Of a stretch of 64,000 nt of DNA, positions 12,337-24,400 are shown piece by piece (positions within the stretch are counted from its first letter, which is position 1; the number at the start of each line of letters is the position of its first letter). This DNA comes from Lytechinus pictus (Eukaryota). The stretch spans positions 20,214,001 to 20,278,000 of the forward strand of contig NC_087250.1 of NCBI RefSeq assembly GCF_037042905.1. Direction: 5' to 3'. A program made the translations under genes and the position numbers. The notes under the pieces were generated by a model that searched no databases, had not been told where the DNA came from, and saw only the letters and a list, made by a program, of their open reading frames with translations.

Positions 12337-15300
12337 ACGCCATGGTGTTTATTATTGATACTTTGCTTTGTATTGCCGCTACATGTAAGCTGCGCGGATA
12401 ACCGGTATCCGGCCTCTTGGCCGTGTTGTAAATAAACACAACTCACAACCCTTACTCCGTCTGGTAAATTATCTCTTTTTATTTTATTAAGACTGGCGTG
12501 GTGGCAGCTTGTGGTCTGAACCGAAGGCCCAAGGTGTTTTGCTTACATTACAACAGTCCGATAATTCTTACTCTAAAATTTGGGGCCAGGCGTTCCGTTA
12601 GCCTAACGGTGATAGGTGGGGTTTCCTTTGCAAATTGAGTTCGTGTAGTCCCTTCAACTTATATTCATGTGCAGTATGAATAGTTGCTCGAAGATACATG
12701 TGGGCGTGTCGTCCGCGGCCAAGGGCACCGCCTCGCAAGAGAGCGTGGCGGTTAACAGTACTAGAAGTAATGCTCGTATGGAACAGTGCTCCAGTTCATG
12801 TATTTCATCTCCACATTTTCATGCCGTTGGGGGTTATGATTATAATTTTGAGCAGAAAGAAGTGGAAGTAGAGATTAAGAGTGCATGTGAGGTGAATTTA
12901 ATCAGTGAATCAATGGCAGAGATATTGGGATTGGAGATATTAATTGATGAAATGATGATTGAAGATGATTACATTGAAAAATCTAATTATGTCAATAAGA
13001 ATGATATCATTGGCCTCACCGATTTCACACTGTTTCGTGATGACCTAGAGTTGTATTTTGATGGTTTGGTTGTAGAGGATGATGCCTTGATGAATGTTGG
13101 ACTTATTGCTGGTGCCCCATTTATGGAAGCAAATGACATCTCCATTAGACCATCAAGGCACCTCATTACATTCAGTGATGAGTCTGTTTTCATCTATGGT
13201 AACTCGAGTAATGTCGTGAGTGACAAACCTTCGCCATGTGATAATGTTAGTGTAACTCGGTCTACTCATGGTGAGATTGGTGGTGATGTTGATCTAATGC
13301 ATGTGGTGTCTAGGCCAGCACCCATTGCCATAGTTACATGGAATAATAATAATCTTGGTGTCCTCTCAGACGAGAGTCGGTCTGAGTTGGTTGTGTACAA
13401 TGAGCTATTGCCATCAAGCAAGGAGTCCAAGCGTGTTGAGTCAATTGAGGTAGATCTGTCCTCCCGGTCCGGGTCGGAACATTCTGACTCTTGTGTCAAG
13501 CCAAGTAAGGGTAGTGAGAATCAACCCTCTCTCAAGAATCTAAGTGAAGTTGTTCACATGACCACCTCGAATGAAATAGTTGAGCATAGGCCTACATTCG
13601 ATCTTGTGCCCGATTTGACTGACAATTTTCATTTGCCTGTGTTGACAGCTAAGTCTAGTTTGTCAGTTCCTGATTCAACTGACAAGTTATTAGTGCGGTC
13701 ACCCGAGTCGTTTGATGATCTACGCTCACCCGTTCTAACCAGCGAGTTGCGCATGCCCGATTCGATCGTTTCGCTGCGCTCGCCCGATTCGGTTATCGAT
13801 CAGTCAAACTTGCCCGATTCAGATTCACTCAATAAACCGTGCTCAATCGTTTCGATCCGTAAAGATTGTGTCTGTGAGTTGGAATCTAACATCACAACAT
13901 CTACACACTCGCCTTGTCATCCACACATCAAACCTCATATTCATGACACCTCACAATCGTCTCGTGATCCTGATATCAGTACACAGGTCTTTCAGTCACA
14001 TAACCAACCACACACTAATAGCCCATGTTTTACTCAGGCCATCGTTCACACCATCGATATGACGGATGTCCACCCTCGTCGCTACCTACCAGATTCTGTT
14101 GTCACCCCTCTGGCAACTGAGGTTAGAGTCCATGGTCCACCCTTGGCAACCCATGTCACCTTCGGTACCCCTTCAACGAAGAAAGCCAGTGGTACCCATG
14201 ATCCGCACTGTCCTCCTTCAGTGACCAGTGGTACCTATGATTACGGTCCTCCATCAGTATCCCGTGGTGCCCATGATCGCGGTACTTCGTCAGCGACAGT
14301 AGTCCGCGTTGCCCATGATCACTGTTCTTCATCTGCGACAGAAGTCTGTGGTGCCCATGACCATGGTCTGCCGGCTTCAAGAGCCCACGATTCCTTTGAC
14401 GCTGACCCCCAGATGACAGCTAGCGCCACCAGCGATACTCTTCGGGTTGAAGCCAGCAGTATCCCTGACTCCCCAGTGTCCCTTGCTGATGATGGCATAC
14501 CCACGTTACTGGCTCTTACTCCATCTGCCATTCCTGAACTGATTAGTCCCACATCCATCCCTCCTGACACCCCTGCCTGTTCGAGTAATGTCCCTTTGAC
14601 CCTGTCTCACAAGGATGGTAGTCCCCCCAGTCTTCCCCACTCCATAGGTGCCGGTCCCTACACAGCACCCCATGCTTTTCAGTTAGGTGTAAGCCCCAAC
14701 CCCACTGTACGGGATAATGACTGCCAGAGCCAGCCTTGCCTGTTCACCACAACACATGATCACCCTCCTGAGTTTTCCTCCCTTGCTCACAGTACCCTTG
14801 ACTCTCAGTCCCCCTATCCCATGATATCTGTTATTTAACCATGTATTTCACATGTTTTATGGTTTTATATATTATATATGTATGTGTATATTTGTCACAT
14901 TACATTGCATTAAACTGATGTTTACCCTTTTGTAATGTATCTTTATTTGACAATGTTGCTAATGATTGCTTTCATGTACAATGTTTTAACATTTTAATAT
15001 TCCTCGTTATTTACTTGGCAAAGCTTTGAGCAAAAACCTAGAGTTCACAATTTATATAGGGTTTTTTTTTGTCTGCAGAGTTAGGACTTGACTTTTGCTT
15101 TGTTCGTTGATGTGCGATTGAGTAATAGTGACATTTGCATTGTTTGTTTGTTGATGCGGGATTGAATACGGTGGATATTCGCTTGTTTGTGTTTTCTTAT
15201 AAAGGAGTTGGTTCAACAATTGTGCAGGATTTTTAAGATACACTTGCATGATTGTTTTAGAGAAGTATGGAAGATGCAAGAATGTTCCATGGTGCATGTG

Positions 15301-16808
15301 TTAATGCTCATTGATATTGTGTTCCTATGATGTGATATAATTCGGATGTAATGGTAGAATGAGGAAGAGGTGGCAAGGGATGAAAAGATAGTTGAGTTGT
15401 ATGAGTATTGGACATAAATGAAAAGCTCTTGTTGAAATGAGTGGTGTCATAACTCTTGTTTGCATTCCATGTACACTGTATTATGCTCATCATACATTTT
15501 AATTATGTGCATTACTGTTTTTAATTGTTTACTACAGACAGGTGATTATTGATACAGTACCATATTTTCACGATCATATATGGTGTTAATTTGTACCAAT
15601 GTTTTGATTGTTTTCTTTAGCAAGTGATTATTGCTGTATACGCTCCTGATCTTGTTTCTTCGATTTTGATCTGTTCACACAAAACAATTGTTTATCATTA
15701 TGTATATTATGGATTTGGTGATGTTTGTTATTATTAAGGAGATATGAACACTACTTAATCATGTCCCTCTTTAATTCGCTGATTGTATATTGATTGTATT
15801 GGAAGTTACAATGCATCAATTCAATTTACTTAGAAGTTTCTGTTTGTATGTCAATTGATAAACAGTTTCAATTATTATTTGTAGAGGCTTTTTAAGTGTT
15901 TTGAAAATTACTTTCTATCATACTGTAGGCCAATCATTGGTTGGAGTTTGATACTGCTTTTTTATTTATCTTTGAGCATTATTTGATAATAGTACTTTTG
16001 TGTATTTTCTTTAAAAAATAACTCACATGGTTCTCTCAATGGAGGTGAACTTCATTTTAAACGATTGATGTTTTTACTGAACGTATTTTCAAATTATTAA
16101 TGTCTTTTCATATTCTTATAACCCAGAATTGTAAGAATATTTTAGATAATTCCTGACTTTATGGGTACTATTGTTGTAAAGTGTATGGGGAGCTAGACAT
16201 GATTCTTTTTTGCATTGGACATTGAGGAGGTGAAGATAAATTCAAACGATTATGTTTTTCTGTATTTGCTCAATAATGAAGATTGTTAAAGTGTACTTTA
16301 GGATGATTGCTGAAGTTTCCGAGGATTTGCAAAGTATGCACAAATACAATAGACATGATCTATATTTAAAGAAAAGAAACATTTTTACTGGTGTCTAGTT
16401 GGTAGATGATCAGTGTTGGAAGGCAATTTAATTGTGTTAGTTTGAAGTTTTATGCTGTAAAGTAAAAAGTAAAGCAATTGAGATTTGTTTGACTTACTCA
16501 TATAATGTTGAGGGATAGTTGGTCCCTCATTGATTGTTTTGTTAGAGTTTGTAGAGAGTTATTAAGGGTTTATTACTTGTTATATAACTTTGATAGTTAC
16601 TTAGAGAAAGGGAAAGACGAAAATAGGAAAGAAGAAAAATGAGTCACGCCATGGTGTTTGTTATTGATACTTTGCTTTGTATTGCCGCTACATGTAAGCT
16701 GCGCGGATAACCGGTATCCGGCCTCTTGGCCGTGTTGTAAATAAACACAACTCACAACCCTTACTCCGTCTGGTAAATTATCTCTTTTTATTTTATTAAG
16801 ACTGGCGT
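12337..16808 (+). mobile_element. Non-autonomous LTR retrotransposon (Gypsy-like)
   Basis: 163-bp direct repeats at 12337-12499 and 16646-16808, with one mismatch seen. PBS-like TGGTGGCAGC at 12499-12508 (matches the 3' end of tRNA-Leu). Purine tract at 16603-16639 before the 3' LTR. No RT or integrase ORF. Confidence 0.85.
12667..14838 (+). CDS. 723-aa LTR-element protein: degenerate retroviral-type aspartic protease domain plus a long Ser/Pro/His/Asp-rich low-complexity tail
   Basis: EVEIKSACEVNLISESMAEILGLEI...YFDGLVVE...LIAGAPFMEANDISIRP resembles Gypsy proteases, with KSA in place of D[ST]G. C-terminal LRSPDS-like and G[AT]HD repeats. Confidence 0.7.
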   Translation: MCSMNSCSKIHVGVSSAAKGTASQESVAVNSTRSNARMEQCSSSCISSPHFHAVGGYDYNFEQKEVEVEIKSACEVNLISESMAEILGLEILIDEMMIEDDYIEKSNYVNKNDIIGLTDFTLFRDDLELYFDGLVVEDDALMNVGLIAGAPFMEANDISIRPSRHLITFSDESVFIYGNSSNVVSDKPSPCDNVSVTRSTHGEIGGDVDLMHVVSRPAPIAIVTWNNNNLGVLSDESRSELVVYNELLPSSKESKRVESIEVDLSSRSGSEHSDSCVKPSKGSENQPSLKNLSEVVHMTTSNEIVEHRPTFDLVPDLTDNFHLPVLTAKSSLSVPDSTDKLLVRSPESFDDLRSPVLTSELRMPDSIVSLRSPDSVIDQSNLPDSDSLNKPCSIVSIRKDCVCELESNITTSTHSPCHPHIKPHIHDTSQSSRDPDISTQVFQSHNQPHTNSPCFTQAIVHTIDMTDVHPRRYLPDSVVTPLATEVRVHGPPLATHVTFGTPSTKKASGTHDPHCPPSVTSGTYDYGPPSVSRGAHDRGTSSATVVRVAHDHCSSSATEVCGAHDHGLPASRAHDSFDADPQMTASATSDTLRVEASSIPDSPVSLADDGIPTLLALTPSAIPELISPTSIPPDTPACSSNVPLTLSHKDGSPPSLPHSIGAGPYTAPHAFQLGVSPNPTVRDNDCQSQPCLFTTTHDHPPEFSSLAHSTLDSQSPYPMISVI

Positions 16809-16899
16809 TATACATTTCCAATTAAGCAGACAAACCATTTAATTACCTAAATCGCACAGTTTGTTGCCGAACAGAACAATAATTTTCGAGCTTATTACT

Positions 16900-17050
16900 A
16901 ATAATGATAATTACATGCATCATTTATATAGCGCTTATTACAACATTTTTCTAAGTGCTGCAAACTATTTACCCCGGATTTAGCACGGCTATCCGGTGGG
17001 GTTTGAACCCCAGACCTTGCGGTTCAAAGTCTGGAGACTTATCCACACTG
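16900..17050 (-). mobile_element. Degenerate SINE/L2-tail fragment
   Basis: catttatatagcgc (reverse of an L2-type tail) and a B-box-like gggtttgaacccc. Confidence 0.4.
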
Positions 17051-17788
17051 AATCGCTACGAATTTCAATCAATATTTTGCTCATGCTCATAGAGCTAAAA
17101 AAAAACTTATTTTTTTATTTTTTTTATTTTTTTTTTTTAGATTTTGATGGCAAACGTTCCGATTTATTTCCAATTTGTCTAATGCCAAAACGTCCAATTG
17201 CCAATTCGTCTCCTATCATTTGGTCTACTATCAGTTCGTCCACTATCCATATGATTTAAATAAAATTTCGTCCACTCGCCATTTCGTCTAATAACCAGTT
17301 GGTCTAATAGTCCATATGCCATTTGGTCTAATTGGACTATGTGTTAATAGTTGAGTTGAATTTATTAACAACATTAACATATTTACATGAATGAATATAT
17401 GTGTAATACATATTTACAATAATGTGTTATATAACATGAATCATATAAATGCAATTCATAACATAACATAATCATAGTCTAAATAAAAACACAATATAAT
17501 ACCGCATGTGATATCAGCATATAATACAAAAGAGTAACATCATGTGGTTTGTCTTGATGCAGTTTCACCTGACAAGAAGCAAATCACCATAAAAATTGAT
17601 TGTATGCATGAACATAAATTATAAATGGTATGAGTGATTTTGTACCAAATGAAATGCTGTTAAAGGGAGAACCAAAAGTTAGCACAAGTGCTAGTCGAGA
17701 ATGGTTTCCCAAAAGGATCAAAGTTCAATGTATCTACTTCTAAAACAACTTTGTTTTATTTTATTTTTTTCCAAACTCATATCAATCA

Positions 17789-20755
17789 TCAAACTTCATT
17801 AATCAAGTAAATTTTCAGATTTTTACGAAATGAAAACCGTGTTCTTTTCTCTCGTATACTCTGGGGCAAACTATTCCAAAACTTTGCTCCAATAAAAGAT
17901 ATAGAAAAAGTGCCATGTGTAGTGTTACATTTGGGGAGTCTTAGCATGGAATGTTCTCTGCCTCTGGTTTTGTAACTATGATTTAACATCTCAAAGTATT
18001 GCTTTACAGAATGTGGTAAATGTTCCTTGTGTAAATCATAAACAAATGTTGATACTGCAAGTTTATGCAAGTCATAAACACCTAATACCCCAAGACTGAC
18101 GAATAGTGGCGTAGAGCTTGTTCTAAGTGGAGAAAATGTAATTGCTCTCATAGCCATTTTCTGCGCCAAATATATACGATTTAGGTGGCTCCTGTAGCTA
18201 CTTCCCCAAACTTCAATTCCAAAAGATATGTGTGGTTGTATAAAACATTTATACAAAAGCATTAGAACATGCCGTGGTACATAGTAACGTAATTTAAAAA
18301 GCAAACCAATTTTCCGCCTAATGCATTTATCAATACATTGGATCTGGTTTTTCCACAACAAAGATTCATCGATTTGAATTCCTACAAAAGATGCCACATG
18401 TACTTTTTCTATAACTGTTTCACATAAAGTTAATACACCTTCAATTTCAATAGATCGTCTTGGTCCTTTTATTATCATTTAATTAGTTTTCTTCAAATTT
18501 ATGGTTAATTTATTAAGTATACACCAACTATACACCTCTTTTAATTTCTTACTTACATAGTTCATATCAATATCTTTTTGACATTTGGGGAAAGTATGGA
18601 AAATATTTGAATCATCTGCAAAAAGTCTAAACTGGAAAAAATCAGTTGATCTTGGTAAGTCATTAATATATTATAAAAAGAGTGTTGGCCCCAGGACTGA
18701 TCCTTGGGGAACACCACATGTTATCCTTCTACTACTGGACATTTCATCTTTGTAACATAAAACCTGCGATCGGTCCATTAAGTAATTCTGGAACCACTGC
18801 AATACAATACCTCTTATTCCATAATGCTTTAATTTTTCGTAGAGTATGTTATGATTGATTGTGTCAAACGCCTTTTTGAAATCTATAAATATACCTATGG
18901 TTATTTCACCTTTATCAATCGCCTTCAATAATGTGTTTACCAAATTTATTACTGATAATTTCGTACTATATCTCTTACGAAAGCCATACTGATGTCTATA
19001 CAAAATATCACTGGACTCTAGAAAGGCCATGAGACGCATATTAACTAATTTTTCAAAGATTTTTGCAATAACTGGTAAAACTGAAATGGGTCTATAATTG
19101 CCTGGGTCACCCTTCGAACCCTTTTTATACAGGGGGGTCACTTTTGCTACCTTTAGGGCATCTGGGAATTTGCCCAATTCTAATGATAAATTGAAAATAT
19201 AAGTCAACGGAGAAGCAATGAAAGGTGCTGCATCCTTGATCAATCTAACTGGCAAATTATCATACCCATGAGATTTTGAAGCATCTAAAGTACATAAAAT
19301 ATCTTTAACTTCCTCTTCCATTATGGGTTTCCAAAATAAAGAGGTCTCATTTGAAGCACCCAAGTAATCTTTAAAACAAGAATTAGGAGGCCCATTTGGT
19401 ATTAGTTCTGCCAAATTTGACCCAACAGTAACAAAGTAGTCGTTAAGTTCCTCGGCTATATCCTTTCCTGAGGTAACAATTGTATCTAATCCACCTCGAT
19501 TAATGACCAACTCCTCAATAGGATGCATATTTTTATTCTTCCTTTTCCCAATTAACTCTTTAATAGTTTCCCAGGTCTTTCGCATATCATTTTTATTATA
19601 ATCAAAAGAATTGCAATAATACATTCTCTTAGCATTTTTTATAACTGTCACCAAGGTGTTTCTATACCTTTTATATTTATTCCCATACTCTTCATTAAAA
19701 TTCGACGACCGGTACTTTTTGTACAGTTTGTGTTTGTTCCTGATACATTTAATAATTGCTGATGAAATCCACGGTTTCTTGGGACTATTCTTTTTACGAG
19801 ATACATTGTGTTCTGTGTTAGGTGCGTGTTTATCACACACTTTCACAAACATGTCATAAAAAACTTCATAAGCTCTATTTACATCTTTGTGTCTGAATAC
19901 AGGTACCCAATCAATTTTGCCAAGATCTTCATGAAATGATTGAATATTAAATGACACGTAGGCTCGGGCAACTTTCCTCACGAAAGCGTTCTTACTCTTA
20001 TTCTTACTTTCAAATATTACAAAGATTGGAAAATGATCAGAGACATCTGTCTCGATAACACCTGAATGAATTGCGTGATTATAAACATTAGCATAAACAT
20101 GATCAATAACCGATGAGGTAGAATTAGTCACCCTGGTGGGGGATGAGATAAGCTGCTGAAGTCCTATACTTTCTATCATACTTAAATAATCATGTACCTT
20201 TTGATTCATTGTTTGAGATGCATCTATATTGAAATCACCAATAAGTACAATGTTCGTTTTCCCAACATTAACCTCTTCCAAAACACCAAGCAAGCTACTT
20301 TGAAACTGATCAATATCAGTATTTGGTTTCCTATAAATTATACCTATCACAGTTTTATCAAAACAATCTTGATTTATTCGCACCCATAGACTTTCAGTGT
20401 GCGTAACATTATAATCAAGTCGAGTGTAATTCAACAAGTTATGAATGTAAGCTCCTACTCCACCACCCCTCTCATTTGCCTGACGGCAATTGACCTCCAA
20501 AGCATAATTCCTTAAAGGTAAAGTGTTTACATTACAAACATTCCAAACTTCAGAAAGGGCAATTATATCAAATTTGAAATTAAGACTGTGATCATACAAT
20601 AATTGTAGTTCACTTAAATTTTTATTCAAAGATCTAATATTGACATGACTTATACTAAGATTGTTATCATTTAGATTTTTCAATTTATTATCAAAATCAC
20701 TGGGACATAATTGGTATTGTAGTACTTCAAAAGCATTGATTTCATTTTCTATCAT
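17789..20755 (-). pseudogene. LINE ORF2 (APE endonuclease + reverse transcriptase) with two in-frame stops
   Basis: Motifs HVNIRSL, IIALSEVW, GDFNID, SDHFP, NYRPIS, DFKKAFD, GVPQGSVLGP, FADD (~18611-18622). TAA at 18671-18673 and 18479-18481. The frame continues into ORF 17789..18478. Confidence 0.93.
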
Positions 20756-20803
20756 TATTGATATAGTTTAAGGTTTAGTTTACACTGCTACTAATCATTA
20801 TGG

Positions 20804-21418
20804 TTAAACCAGAAAGTGAAGTTTAAAGTCACTGTACGAGATGTTGTCAACGCCCAGATCGAATAAATCATCTGGGCTCTTGACAAACCTTGTCTCGCCG
20901 TTGGCCAGCTTGCATGATATGTTCCCATATCTACTGTTCACAGATTGGACATTCGGGGCCTCTTTTGCCTTCATAAGCACAGAATGACGCATTGCCGTTA
21001 GGTCTTCATTGATGTATACACCTTTCATGCTGTCCTTTCCCTTCAAGGAGAACCGGGCTGCATACAGCTTGTCCCTTCTCCGTCTGTTCATGAAACGGAC
21101 AACCGCTTGTCGGCTCCGACCCCCATCTCTCTTTTTTCCAAGGCGGTGACACGATGATATGTCATCAGGGCATATCTCAACACCAACCTCCCTGGCCACC
21201 TTGACAACACTTTCTAAGAGCTGTTCCTCCGTCTCCTCCTCAGCCTCCGGGATCCCAGCGAACCGAAGGTTATCCCGTCGTAGCTCTTGCTGAATCTCAT
21301 CTTGCTGGAATTGAATTCGCAGCAGATGTGGATTGATGTTCTCCTTAATTGTATTTAGACAGGCCTCCTTTACCACCTGCACTATTTGTGGTAGTGCAGC
21401 TTTAAGCGCCGTGTCCAC
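20804..21418 (-). CDS. LINE ORF1 C-terminal part (L1-ORF1-like RRM + CTD)
   Basis: Motifs RRDNLRFAGIPE, HRLG, VVRF, GVYINEDLT. The listed start is not an ATG because the element is truncated. Confidence 0.85.
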   Translation of the reverse strand: MDTALKAALPQIVQVVKEACLNTIKENINPHLLRIQFQQDEIQQELRRDNLRFAGIPEAEEETEEQLLESVVKVAREVGVEICPDDISSCHRLGKKRDGGRSRQAVVRFMNRRRRDKLYAARFSLKGKDSMKGVYINEDLTAMRHSVLMKAKEAPNVQSVNSRYGNISCKLANGETRFVKSPDDLFDLGVDNISYSDFKLHFLV

Positions 21419-24400
21419 AGCATTGGCTATTATCTGTGCAAAATCAATGAAAATGAAATGTATATTCGACCAACTGGTTACGAGACGAAATGGTGAGAGA
21501 CGAAATGGTTATTAGACGAAATGTTGATGGACGGAATGGCATTAGACTAAATGAAAATAGACCATGGGTGAGTGGACGAGTTGACAGTAAACGAATTGGC
21601 AATTAACCACGTTTTCGACTGTTGTAATCGATTCCAATTTAAGTAGCCATCATGGAATAATATTATAGTTTTTTGGTTGTCGGTAAATCTAAAACATATT
21701 ATAATGTATGATAAAAATGACAACTTTCAGGTAACTTTTGTATTTTTTCGCTTCTTACTAAAATCATAATAGATTGAAAAAATACTTCTTTCTCTCACAC
21801 TTCGATATTTTCACTTTATAATACATTTTGTCAGCGATCAACCAATATTTGGTTAGTCGCTAGATTCTCTATCGGAAAGGAAACACAACTAGATAAATTA
21901 CAGGACTAACATTCTGATAACGAATTTTAGATCCATATCTTCTATGCAAACTACTCTTGCATATACATTGAAAGTTACAGATTCTATTACATCAGTCAAC
22001 TTTAATTCGACTTGCATAACACGTGAGATAATCTCTGTACGTTGACTTTCCAATTGTCTTTTCAATTTTATTTAATCTTTCTTGGGTTTTCTTGAGGTGG
22101 TTTAAGATCAATTCCTTGAGAGAACCAGTCCCTTCGTGAACGTATAATCTGGCTGCAGGCTGCGCGCGACTCACCGGGCTAGTGGATCGGTTAAAGGTAA
22201 AAGAAAGTATTTGCAGCAAACAATTATTTCATAGGAAAGTCTTGTAAATCAAGGTTAATTGTCACCATATTATCATATATTTAGATCTGGTACATTAATT
22301 TAAACTTATCTTTGTGAAATCATGATGTCTTAGCTCACAACCGATAATTCTGATGATCACTAACACAGAAAAGCATATGTAGGACAGTGTATTAATAATG
22401 TGTGGAAAATACAAAACATTTGATGGAATTCCGTGCTTATTTTGTTCAATCTCAGCAAATAAGCATTTTCTTTCACAGCCATTTGGCACAGATTTTTTAT
22501 TTATACATACAAACAGTTGGGTGGCAATTTTATTTGTCATGTCATGAAATTTCAATCAATATTTGGCTGATGATCAGAGAGCAAAACTGATTACGAAGGA
22601 ACGCATCTTTAAAGGATGTTTTATTGTATTCTCTCAAATCAAAATACACATTCACATTCCATAAAAAAGTTGTACAAATGATTATAAATTATACAATAAA
22701 TCCACATCCCATACAATTATACAAATTATACATCAAATTAAAAGAATACTGGATATTAATACTTGAAGCGTTTCAACAATTACGAAATGAAATATTAACA
22801 AAATGTATTTAAATGAGAGATAGAAAAAAAAAGATAAAAGGTGATGCTCTACCTCCCCCCCCCCCCCCCCGGTAAACTCTACATGCCTTAGACTATTGTA
22901 ATCGATTCCTACTTACGAAGCGCTAACAATAAGAAGCGCAATGTTCTTTTTAATAGGGAAATAATGATTTCAACAACGCCATCTAATTACTGACATTTCA
23001 TTTTCATTTTTGTTAGATGAAATTCATAATTCTTAAACATTTCTTATGTAGGATAAGAAAAAAAACTTGCAAGAACCTTTGGTGGTTTTTTTTTCATAAC
23101 TAATATTATGAAGGATTTGAAAATTATATATATTTTGTCATTCAAATCGTCTTTATCAAAATTTACGAAAAAATATTAATATTTTGGCAGCGATAAACCT
23201 TACATTGGTAAATCGCTAGAATCATGTACAAATAAGTGGGGTGGGTGGGGCCGGGGGTTGGTGGGGTGGGGGTTGGTGGTGGTGGGAGTGGGGGGGGGGG
23301 GAGAAAACGACTCATTTTGACCAGTGCCTGGAACGGATCGACAGAGAGAGGAAATAGACCATTCGATCAAGATTCGAATATATAAAAAAAGTTAGAAGTT
23401 CATTAAAGACTTCTAGCCCTTATAGCAAAGATACGAATACATATATATATATATATACGTATACATATATACATATATATACATGTATATGTAATACGAA
23501 TTATACGAAAGCATCCGGAGAATATACGCTATCCATACATAAAATATGTAACTCATGCGTATGATACGTAAACCCATTAAAGCAATATATAAGATACGTA
23601 ATTGATCGGCACACTTAATTATCATTTAGTTATATTAAATTCTTAATATATTCAAATGGGCTTAATAATTTACTTATAATTTCACAAGTCCACGAGTTTT
23701 TTTTTTTACAATTTCGAGGGGGTGGGGGGGGGGTGGTTACAATCAAGCCATCTGAAACTTGCCTGGTTGGTTGGTGTTGGAGTTAAGTTGGCGCTCTTCA
23801 ATCTAGTAGATTATCTGCGCCAGGTCGTTTCCGAGTTAGTTGCTTAATTCCCGCTTCCACCTTTTTTCCTGTTTTCTTTACAAAAAATATCAATAGGTTT
23901 TTTTTTTCCTTTTACAGTGATTCACAATTTTCAACAGGCAATTTAAATACAGAAACGTTTTTCTTCAATCACCGTGACACGACACTACGTGTATATCATA
24001 TTTTCTGAACATTACATATTCTTTTTTTAAACAAGTGCACACCTAGTTATCAATAATGCGTAAATTATTTCCATTTATTTGAGTGTAGGATAAAAAGAAC
24101 GTATAGGTGTCGAGGCCGGGGATCGAACCCCGGACTTTCCATGAATAGCCAGGAGCCTTAGATCGCTCGACCACCGCATCACAAGTGTAATCGATCCAGT
24201 TAAGGAGCGCAAGTTTAGACAGAATTTTAATGTTGTTCTGAAAAATCCATCATATGTATGGCATATTATACATTTTTATTATGATGATTAAAAAAATAAA
24301 TGTGTGTATTAAAAATAAACCCTTTTTTAGTACCATTATGATGAAATTTTTTTTACTAACCAATATCATAAAGAATTTAAAAATTATAGGAATTTTGTAG

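Larger units (their letters stand above)
17350..21438 (-). mobile_element. CR1/L2-group LINE (possibly Crack clade), 5'-truncated within ORF1
   Basis: ORF1 + APE/RT ORF2 + 3' UTR ending aataaattcaactcaa on the minus strand. Confidence 0.92.
17161..21608. mobile_element. Merlin-like MITE split by a LINE (parts 17161-17349 and 21435-21608)
   Basis: ttgccaattcgtc / gacgaattggcaattaacc motifs are shared with intact copies at 55259, 55941 and 63296. The two halves join at ...gtgttaatag|ctgtgcaaaat. Confidence 0.75.

Noticed and set aside
12667..14838. Host mucin-like or domesticated gene
   Set aside because: It is intronless and lies between near-identical LTRs with PBS and PPT, so it belongs to a recently inserted element.
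23236..23300. G-quadruplex-forming tract as a functional element
   Set aside because: Variable poly-G runs occur throughout the repeat modules, and nothing in the sequence supports a function.
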